Shown here: positions 57,340 to 64,000 of the stretch, piece by piece
Layout of the letters: each line of letters begins with the position of its first letter
Numbering within the stretch: the stretch's first letter is position 1
From: a virus
Lineage: Duplodnaviria > Caudoviricetes
Virus record (IMG/VR): IMGVR_UViG_3300025191_000001
Coordinates: 1 to 64,000 of that record
Reading direction: 5' to 3' (one strand)
DNA: 64,000 nucleotides
The notes under the pieces: model-generated
Database searches by the model: none
The model's input: only the letters and a program-made list of their open reading frames with translations
What the model was told of the DNA's origin: nothing
Translations under genes and position numbers: made by a program

Positions 57340-57744
57340 ATGCAAAACTTAACTTTTAGTGATTACTATACAGAATGCGAAAACACGGCTTCATTGATTG
57401 TTGAGCAAGCGATTGACGATCTTCAGCGTGAAAATGAGGAAGTAACAGAAGACGCGGTTGAGGAAAAAATACACGATTATATTCTACATGAGACGATAGA
57501 TTCTCATGAATATGTCACCTATAATTATTATCATTTGCCGATCTTACAAATTAGTTCTAATGATGATTATATGATAGAAAATATGGGGTCAGATTGTTTA
57601 ATGCATGAATTGAAAAATAATGGTCTAAGTGGTTTACATATGGCTTTAACTTTCTGGACTTTTTATGCGGATGTTAGCGAGTATCTAGCGGATGAAATAA
57701 ACAAACAACTGGAAAAGTTAAAAGAAGGAAACGAAAATGTATAA
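57340..57744 (+). CDS. Ocr-like acidic anti-restriction (DNA-mimic) protein
   Basis: Highly acidic helical 134 aa; IHDYILHETIDSHEYVTYNYY resembles T7 Ocr LHDAIHMAADNAVPHYY; own early promoter. Confidence 0.55.
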   Translation: MQNLTFSDYYTECENTASLIVEQAIDDLQRENEEVTEDAVEEKIHDYILHETIDSHEYVTYNYYHLPILQISSNDDYMIENMGSDCLMHELKNNGLSGLHMALTFWTFYADVSEYLADEINKQLEKLKEGNENV

Positions 57745-57856
57745 CTCGAGAATCTTTGATCGCAAAAGTGACTTTTTAAGCAAGTCAGAAAGAAAACATA
57801 TTAAGCAGGAACGCAACAAAAGAAGAAGTAAGTTTAACAGGTACGATCTAGCATAA
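57737..57856 (+). CDS. 39-aa basic peptide
   Basis: MYNSRIFDRKSDFLSKSERKHIKQERNKRRSKFNRYDLA; RBS AAGGA, overlaps the upstream stop. Confidence 0.5.
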   Translation: MYNSRIFDRKSDFLSKSERKHIKQERNKRRSKFNRYDLA

Positions 57857-58034
57857 GGCTTTTAACACTAGGTTATTGACTTCTTTCAGCTTAATATCCT
57901 AGAATTAAGAGCCTTAGAAAGTCTCTTATTTTTGAAATGAAGTTTTAACTATAGGCACTTGTTGCAGCTAGTGCCTATTATTAAAATTTTATAAATCGGC
58001 AATAATACCACAATTTGAAAACTATGGTGAAAAT

Positions 58035-58256
58035 ATGGTTACAATTCTATTTACTAATTGTGCAATAACAGTAAAGTCAGATATTAACGGCTGGACTTAT
58101 TCCAGTTTAATTAACACACTTGATAAATTAATCGGCTTAACGGATCTTACTGATCCCGTAGTAATGGTAAAGTGTGGTAACATTAAAACATTAACACGTA
58201 AGTTAATGGAACAAGGTTTAATAGTTAACGAACGCCCTAGAAAATGCATTTATTAA
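58035..58256 (+). CDS. Hypothetical early protein
   Basis: Duplicated leader ending GGTGAAAATATG. Confidence 0.65.
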   Translation: MVTILFTNCAITVKSDINGWTYSSLINTLDKLIGLTDLTDPVVMVKCGNIKTLTRKLMEQGLIVNERPRKCIY

Positions 58257-58373
58257 CGGGATTGTCAAAAGATTAAAATTCACAAACTGATTTAGATTAC
58301 ATTTAAGAAGTGTAGCCTATTATTAAAATTTTATTAATTGGCAATAATGCCACAATTAAACTATGGTGAAAAT

Positions 58374-58595
58374 ATGTTTTTTATTGTTACACGTGAAAAT
58401 GAGGACGGCTCTTTTGATAACGCAGGGATGATCAATCGCTTTTCTACTAGTTACTACGGAACTGTAAAAGGTCTAGTTAAACATATTATAAGTGATAACT
58501 GGAAAAAATCAGGCTTCAGACTTGAAGTGTTCCGTAATCAATACGATACTAGGCTAGTAGATACATTGTACTTTAAAGCGGGGGAGGTATTATAA
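58374..58595 (+). CDS. Hypothetical early protein
   Basis: Same duplicated leader fixes the start at 58374. Confidence 0.65.
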   Translation: MFFIVTRENEDGSFDNAGMINRFSTSYYGTVKGLVKHIISDNWKKSGFRLEVFRNQYDTRLVDTLYFKAGEVL

Positions 58596-58597
58596 CA

Positions 58598-58912
58598 ATG
58601 ACTTCACTATCAGAACAAATCAGAGCTATAAAAACAGCTAATCAATTGAACAAATTTATCGACACGTTAAATCTAACAAAAGTCGAATGCTTAAAATATA
58701 ATTCCCTATATTGGCTATATGTAGGGGATGACTTTGCCCAGCTTAGCGTTAACCATGGTCACGCATCAAAATTCGAGTACACCAGGCGTTACATTGATTC
58801 AGACGGTAAAATGGTAGTAATAGGCACTAGTGAGGCTTTATTTAATAAGCAAGGATTAAATAAGATTTTAGACTCACTCAATAAACGTATAGATGGATTT
58901 TACAATGCTTAA
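58598..58912 (+). CDS. Hypothetical early protein
   Basis: RBS GGAGG. Confidence 0.7.
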   Translation: MTSLSEQIRAIKTANQLNKFIDTLNLTKVECLKYNSLYWLYVGDDFAQLSVNHGHASKFEYTRRYIDSDGKMVVIGTSEALFNKQGLNKILDSLNKRIDGFYNA

Positions 58913-59189
58913 ACTAATCAAAAAAATCAAAGTTCAAAACGAAATAGACACTATCAAAAAAGAGACTAGAAAAGATTGCAACAATCTACTGTTAAAAATG
59001 GCGTTGGTAGATACATTACATTACATGTATAGTGAGAAGGTTGGGGATAGCATGATTAAGAATAACTTTAAACAATTGTGTGCTTTTCTGGAGGTTGGCG
59101 TATATAAATTCATTCATCTAACTATAGAGGTATACTTGCATAATGACGGTACAAAAAGTGCAAGGATTATTAGTGAGGAAAAACTTTAA
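58905..59189 (+). CDS. Hypothetical early protein
   Basis: Overlapping packing. Confidence 0.6.
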   Translation: MLKLIKKIKVQNEIDTIKKETRKDCNNLLLKMALVDTLHYMYSEKVGDSMIKNNFKQLCAFLEVGVYKFIHLTIEVYLHNDGTKSARIISEEKL

Positions 59190-59269
59190 AATTATTTTAT
59201 TTTAGTTGTTGACAGTTAAAACGAGTGTCTGTATTGTGGGCACTCATTCAATAAATAAGGTTTTAAATT

Positions 59270-59464
59270 ATGAGTAATTCAATTGACGTATACGGTTCTT
59301 TCTCTGAATGTTGCGACATCTCAGTCGCCGGTACGTATAAAAACGGTTGGGAATTTGAGGACATTGTAGACAATAGCTTCTTATCTAGAAAAGAAGCATT
59401 GAAGTCTATAAAAGACTGGGCAAAACGTGAACAAGTAGGACTTGACGAAATTTGTTTCTTTTAA
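59270..59464 (+). CDS. Hypothetical early protein
   Basis: Own promoter and RBS. Confidence 0.65.
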   Translation: MSNSIDVYGSFSECCDISVAGTYKNGWEFEDIVDNSFLSRKEALKSIKDWAKREQVGLDEICFF

Positions 59465-59540
59465 TAATTGTCTTTTCTAATAGAGTCCTGTATTATCGGG
59501 ACTCTATCAAAAAGCTAATTATTTCTAACAAGGTGATATC

Positions 59541-59945
59541 ATGAACAATTCACAACTATTCAAGCAAGCGCATTCAGTGGCACGTCAAACAGTTAAGCAG
59601 GTGGGCGATTATCAAATTGCTTTCACACTAGCATTGCGTGAATTGATAGCGGAAAATAAAAAGCCTAATTACAAAACTATTTCTATCAATGTTTTAGATT
59701 CTGAGTCTATCGCAACAAATAGCGCAATCCTGTCAGCTATTATTTTAACAGTTTTATTGTTCACAACGTTGTCACTTTTCGCGCCAATTATCGGGGCATT
59801 AGTTGGTTGTATTACATGGCTTGCCACTATCTTATTGTTAGAGTTATCACAATGGGCAATGTTCAAAGCGTTATCATTTTTCTATGTTGATAACACTCAG
59901 TTTGAAGATGCAATTAACGATAGAAAAGTTTTCATTATTGAATAG
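59541..59945 (+). CDS. Membrane protein with N-terminal 'FKQAH..AR..DYQIAF.LALR' module
   Basis: Two TM helices; RBS AAGGTG. Confidence 0.7.
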   Translation: MNNSQLFKQAHSVARQTVKQVGDYQIAFTLALRELIAENKKPNYKTISINVLDSESIATNSAILSAIILTVLLFTTLSLFAPIIGALVGCITWLATILLLELSQWAMFKALSFFYVDNTQFEDAINDRKVFIIE

Positions 59946-60035
59946 CAATAAATTTAAAATAAAGTTTGACATAGTGGACGCTAATCAATAGTATTCGCTA
60001 TGCACTCTTTATTAATTCTAATTTATAGGTGATTT

Positions 60036-60656
60036 ATGTCTAATCTTCACTCTTCTATCGTTAAAACTTGTTTCTCACTTGCTAAATTCAATAACGGTTT
60101 ATTCAAGTCTGAAAAACAAGGTAAATTTTTGTCTTCACTTGGTATTACTATTAGCTCTACTCAAAACCACAATCTAGGTTATGAATACAATTTTAAAACT
60201 TGTGGTACTACATACTGGACTATTTACCTTGACGCTAAAGGCGTGAATAAAATCACTAAGGAAAATTCAAAAGGCTTGACTGTGCACTTTGAAAGAGAAG
60301 AAGGCAGCGCATACCAGAATAAACAAGACATTAAAAAGGCGGCATTGGAAAAATACTTACCACTTTATAAGATGACAGAAGACAAGTGTCATAAAATATC
60401 AGACCGTGAATTTGAGTTAGAAGACAAGGCAGGAGAAACGTATTACACTGACTACGTATTGAAGCTTATTCAATCTGAAGCGTTCAAATCGTTAGATGAA
60501 CAAACTAGGATTGAGAAAGTGGAAGATCTAACCGATAGAATAAAACGCATTATGAATCTAGCGAAAAAGAATAGTATCCGTTTAAATTGTAAATATAAGT
60601 TTTATTCTCGTATATCTGAACAGTACAGAATGCTTACCTATCCTATTATTAAATAG
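60036..60656 (+). CDS. Hypothetical early protein
   Basis: Own promoter, RBS, followed by a terminator. Confidence 0.75.
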   Translation: MSNLHSSIVKTCFSLAKFNNGLFKSEKQGKFLSSLGITISSTQNHNLGYEYNFKTCGTTYWTIYLDAKGVNKITKENSKGLTVHFEREEGSAYQNKQDIKKAALEKYLPLYKMTEDKCHKISDREFELEDKAGETYYTDYVLKLIQSEAFKSLDEQTRIEKVEDLTDRIKRIMNLAKKNSIRLNCKYKFYSRISEQYRMLTYPIIK

Positions 60657-60686
60657 CCATTTAGAAGCCTTGTAACACTCTAAAAT

Positions 60687-60712
60687 AAAGCACCTAATAG
60701 AGGTGCTTTTTT
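60687..60712 (+). terminator. Rho-independent terminator ending the early island
   Basis: AAAGCACCT/AGGTGCTTT plus T-tract. Confidence 0.85.
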
Positions 60713-60763
60713 ATTGCTTGCAATAAATGAGGACATCTTACAAGGATTAAGACAACCGTTATA

Positions 60764-60859
60764 GCGGCATACAAGCACCGCTACGGCCTTTAAAACTTAC
60801 ACCTAACACAATGGCATACCTTAACGTTTTAAACGTTATCACGGGCTTTACAGGAACTG
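60764..60859. repeat. ~96-bp pseudo-palindromic element, copy 8 (divergent)
   Basis: ACAATGGCATACC core; TCACGGGCTTTACAGGA right arm. Confidence 0.55.
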
Positions 60860-61070
60860 TAATGGCTATATCTGTGTTAGGAGTGTTAACCTTTAAAGAT
60901 TGTATCTTAATAACTACGTTATTAGAGTATCTCTTATTAATTACATTAATAGATTAGAACGTTAACAATTAATTGTTAATTTGTACCTTTATAGTTTTGT
61001 AACCTTGTTAACCCTAGTGATACTTTGAAGCATTCTTGTGTTAGCTTGCTAACCAATTTGATTCCCTCCC

Positions 61071-61371
61071 TTGCAAGTACCTTGCCACTTTGTTCCTTTA
61101 TAGATTGCCCCCTAATAACGTAGTTATTAAAATTAATCCTTTATTATGTATTAAACTAGAAATCTTCCATCACAGGGTACTAAAAAGGTATCATTTTAAC
61201 GTAGTGAAGAGTTCTCACTTATACCAATACACTTGTTTAAGTTGTACCTTAATAAGCTTACAATGCTATAGAGAGCCTCTGAGAGGGGATATCTTTAGAT
61301 ACTACTCTTGGCATACTATATGCTTAAAGAAATATATGGTATAGAATATGCTATAGCAATAACCTTGCCAG
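61071..61371. promoter_or_regulatory. Cluster of four sigma54-type -24/-12 sites
   Basis: 61071-87(-) TGGCAAGGTACTTGCAA; 61308-24(+) TTGGCATACTATATGCT; 61337-52(+) TGGTATAGAATATGCT; 61355-71(-) CTGGCAAGGTTATTGCT. Confidence 0.6.
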
Positions 61372-61639
61372 AGTGTACAATTTTGAAAGATTATTCTTTT
61401 ATATGTATATAAGGATTTTTTTCACTTAGAAGGTACTAAAAAGGTATCATTTTCATAAAGGAATACTTATGCAAAAATATTGCATATTCATTCAAGGATA
61501 CTATGTTGGGTAGGTATGCATGTTAAGCGGGTAAGTATTCAATAGGGAAAAGCTATCAATATTTGAGAATTACAAATGTAATCTATACGGGAAAAAGTCC
61601 TACCTTAAACACCCAATCACATGAATCCTCATGAACCTA

Positions 61640-61880
61640 CATATTTTAGGATATTCTTTTTGAAGTTAATCTAATAAAAGGTGATATTTTGTATATAAAA
61701 ATGTTGGAAAAATACTAATTTTTTAAGAGTACATATGTATAAGGTATATTTCTGTAAAGTAGATATATTTCAATAGGTTACACTAAATAAATAGATATTT
61801 TAGGAGAGGTAGATATTTTGTAAGATATTGATATTTCTGAGGTTATAGATTTTGTAGGTTAATGTATGTTTTTGAGAGGT
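61640..61880. repeat. Strand-biased array of degenerate GATATTT(T/C)TG repeats
   Basis: About 8-10 copies at roughly 18-30-bp spacing in AT-rich non-coding DNA. Confidence 0.6.
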
Positions 61881-61933
61881 TACTACTTGTTGTACGTAAT
61901 ACTAAGTATTGTAAAGGGTAGAACCCATCGTAG

Positions 61934-62029
61934 GACGCTCTGTACGGCACGTACAAGGGTTTTATCTGTAAAGTTACCCTGTTGTATAGCCTTGTTATAT
62001 AATCTCCACTAAATCGCTTACAGAGCTTC
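61934..62029. repeat. ~96-bp pseudo-palindromic element, copy 9
   Basis: GCTCTGTACGGC left; TACCCTGTTGTATAG core; CGCTTACAGAGC right at the same offset. Confidence 0.75.
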
Positions 62030-62128
62030 TGAGGATTAAGTAGGGTTTCTCGTCAGAACTACTTGACATGGGACAAAACTGTATGCTACTATAGAGGTAA
62101 TGTCTTAATAAATTAACAGGAGTTTTAT

Positions 62129-62731
62129 ATGAAGAATTATGTTGTGTACTTTGCTTTCTTAGGTGGTGAGTTGGTCTATATTGGGAAAGGTTTTAAGGGA
62201 AGGGAATTTCACTTGACTACTGGAACGTCTCATGTCTACGAAGCTAATAAGGCGCATTTTGAAGGGAAGACTTTAGAAGTGAAAAGTATTAGCTTGTCTA
62301 AGCAAGAGGAATCTGATTTAGAAATAGAAAAGACTCTTATACAGGCTTTTAATCCTCCTTGGAACAAACAACACTCATCCGAGGGAAAATACTTCCAGTA
62401 CAAGAGTGTGTCTCAGAAAGAGGATGTTAATACCTTGCTGGTTGAGGAGATACGAAGTTTAATAGAGTATAATAAATCTATAGAGATTCAGTTGATTAGT
62501 GAAATTGATTGTAGAAAATTATATGAGAGTAAGTTTGAGAATGTGAATAAATCGGTGCATGATTTGGAAGTAATGAAGAGGGGTATAGGCTCTATGAGTA
62601 AGAAAGAATATATGGAAGTTCTTAGGTGTAGTGGTTATACTCAAGTAGAGTGTATGGATATTTTAGGTATATCACTGAGTACTGCTAAGAGATGGGATAA
62701 GAAGATTAAACTAAAAAACCCACTAAATTGA
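62129..62731 (+). CDS. GIY-YIG-like nuclease domain + coiled coil + C-terminal HTH
   Basis: YVVY...LVYIGKG...R..H..G.SH; LEIEKTLIQAFNP.WN; GYTQ.E....LGISLSTAKRW; promoter TTGACA-18-TACTAT at 62063. Confidence 0.65.
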   Translation: MKNYVVYFAFLGGELVYIGKGFKGREFHLTTGTSHVYEANKAHFEGKTLEVKSISLSKQEESDLEIEKTLIQAFNPPWNKQHSSEGKYFQYKSVSQKEDVNTLLVEEIRSLIEYNKSIEIQLISEIDCRKLYESKFENVNKSVHDLEVMKRGIGSMSKKEYMEVLRCSGYTQVECMDILGISLSTAKRWDKKIKLKNPLN

Positions 62732-62972
62732 TTAGAGAGCTTCTCAGAGAGAGGGAGGGTTTCTTGGTAAGATAGGGAGTGTTATGGTTAATGCTCCTCC
62801 CTAATCCTATCCTCAAGTAGCTGCTTTAAACCACAACCTCAATACGTAGTGTCATTATGCACCGCTTCTACCCAAGATGCAATCTCATTACTGTATTCCT
62901 TTGAATCAGGGAAAACTTTCTTAATGTGATTGAGGATTTCTTGTTTGTACATGCAGATATCTAAGATTGTTG

Positions 62973-63299
62973 TCATAGGTTCTCCTTTCTATACCCATTG
63001 TTATAAAGAAGTTTTATCAAGACTTCGTAATCCGCAGAGTTTAAGTTGTAGGGTATATGTTTATCATCGTCAAACAACTCTGTTAATTCTTCTTCAAATA
63101 TTTCATACTCGCTTCTGTGTTTACGTACATCTTCTAATCTTGCATAAAGGTAAGACTGTGTATCAACCCAATTTCTCCATATAATCCCTTCAGCATCATA
63201 CCCTACACATTTAACCCTAGCCCATCTATCTCCTAATACGTTGCTAGTAAGGAACACTTCACAGTATTCACCTATATCTGGTTGATAATTATTTGTCAT
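62973..63299 (-). CDS. Hypothetical protein
   Basis: RBS GGAGG before MTNNYQPDIGEYCE. Confidence 0.65.
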   Translation of the reverse strand: MTNNYQPDIGEYCEVFLTSNVLGDRWARVKCVGYDAEGIIWRNWVDTQSYLYARLEDVRKHRSEYEIFEEELTELFDDDKHIPYNLNSADYEVLIKLLYNNGYRKENL

Positions 63300-63531
63300 T
63301 ATGTTTCCCTCCACCTCTAATATTATCTCTGTTAATGTAAGCCTCTGTAGCAGAATTAATATTCTCCACTAATTTCCTACCTTTGTCTGTTAACACTATA
63401 CCTTGATCAATTACCCCTATCAACCCCTTAATCTCTAATATGCTTCTATCTCCTGTATGCACTTGTAAGGGAAGTGTTTTATCAGGGTATAGTGTTTTAA
63501 TAATACTAACTTGTGTACGAGATAGACTCAT
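63289..63531 (-). CDS. Small winged-helix-like protein
   Basis: LEIKGLI...VLTDKGRKLV motif. Confidence 0.55.
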   Translation of the reverse strand: MSLSRTQVSIIKTLYPDKTLPLQVHTGDRSILEIKGLIGVIDQGIVLTDKGRKLVENINSATEAYINRDNIRGGGKHNDK

Positions 63532-63533
63532 AA

Positions 63534-64000
63534 TTACCCTTCACCCGACATCTTATCATAAAGATATGTCTCTCTATCTATGTACATATTACTATCCTCT
63601 GTAAGTTCTTCTAACAAAGCTTTACTAGTTTTTATCTGTGATAATACATACTCTATTGAACGCTCCTTGTAACGTATTTCTCTTTGCAATACTCTCTTCA
63701 TCTTATCAAGGTTCTTCTTAGCTCCTTTACGAATATAGAAGTTACCTCCCATACTGTTAGGATGGCTAAGGTCTACACAATCCTCATCTAAGTAGTATGC
63801 TCTTTGTCTAGGGTCTGCTTCTATTAAGTCATTCATATTACCTACATAGGTGAGGTCTAACATTTCTAATGCTTTCTCTTTAGAGAAGAACTTATTGTTA
63901 CTTGTGTTTCCCCAGTATGTGTCTACAAGGTAATCCTCATCAACAATACCGATCTTACTGCAACACCAATATAATGTGCCAGAGCTTATTTTGTGTTGTC
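63534..64000 (-). CDS. Hypothetical protein (5'-partial; frame open to the window edge)
   Basis: No stop between 63863 and the window end in this frame (..LYWCCSKIGIV..LVDTYW..EMLDLTY..). Confidence 0.65.
   Translation of the reverse strand, partial: QHKISSGTLYWCCSKIGIVDEDYLVDTYWGNTSNNKFFSKEKALEMLDLTYVGNMNDLIEADPRQRAYYLDEDCVDLSHPNSMGGNFYIRKGAKKNLDKMKRVLQREIRYKERSIEYVLSQIKTSKALLEELTEDSNMYIDRETYLYDKMSGEG

Larger units (their letters stand above)
56346..59994 (+). promoter_or_regulatory. Five strong sigma70 early promoters (-35 at 56346, 56781, 57259, 59209, 59966)
   Basis: Perfect TTGACA with A/T-rich UP elements and -10 boxes TAGATT, TAGTGT, TAACAT, TATTGT, TAGTAT at 17-18 nt. Confidence 0.75.

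Noticed and set aside
61176-61197. dif/Xer site
   Set aside because: Does not match the XerC/XerD 11-6-11 consensus
61090-61344. 84-aa ORF in the track
   Set aside because: TTG start without RBS, overlaps palindromes and repeats; likely non-coding
20961-62029. MITE/IS or REP interpretation of the ~96-bp elements
   Set aside because: No target-site duplications, sharp ends or transposase; copies diverge in sequence while keeping length and phasing
62788-62976. Stop-codon readthrough or recoding in a small minus-strand ORF (TAT TGA GGT, frame continues 16 codons)
   Set aside because: Single short case; all long genes use the standard code, so a short gene or point mutation is more likely

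Overview
A 64-kb segment of a lytic, contractile-tailed (myovirus-type) dsDNA phage, probably infecting a Gram-negative host (two-component spanins, lipoproteins, sigma70 promoters). It has four blocks. (1) 1-20.9 kb, + strand: neck, tail, baseplate, two tail fibres and a lysis cassette. This block has a -1 frameshifted tail chaperone, a tape-measure gene split by a 768-nt group I intron encoding an EndoVII-type homing endonuclease, and a CheY-like receiver-domain gene inside the lysis cassette. (2) 21-47.7 kb, - strand: nucleotide metabolism and replication (NrdA/B, ThyX, glutaredoxin, dNMP kinase, HD and MazG-like hydrolases, exonucleases, SSB, family A polymerase, intein-containing primase-helicase) plus many small genes. 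(3) 48-55.2 kb, + strand: an HTH regulator, a ~420-nt highly structured non-coding transcript followed by iteron-like repeats at the strand switch (possible origin), a DNA adenine methyltransferase and small early/middle genes. (4) 55.3-62 kb: an AT-rich early-gene island with an Ocr-like gene, strong sigma70 promoters and long intergenic hairpins, flanked by non-coding DNA carrying sigma54-type -24/-12 sites and repeat arrays (possible terminal repeat or genome end). Across blocks 2-4 there are nine copies of a fixed-length ~96-bp pseudo-palindromic intergenic element with ~11-bp periodic arms, resembling strong DNA-gyrase sites. No tRNA, rRNA, CRISPR array or integrase was recognised. All product calls come from motif recognition and synteny, not database searches.
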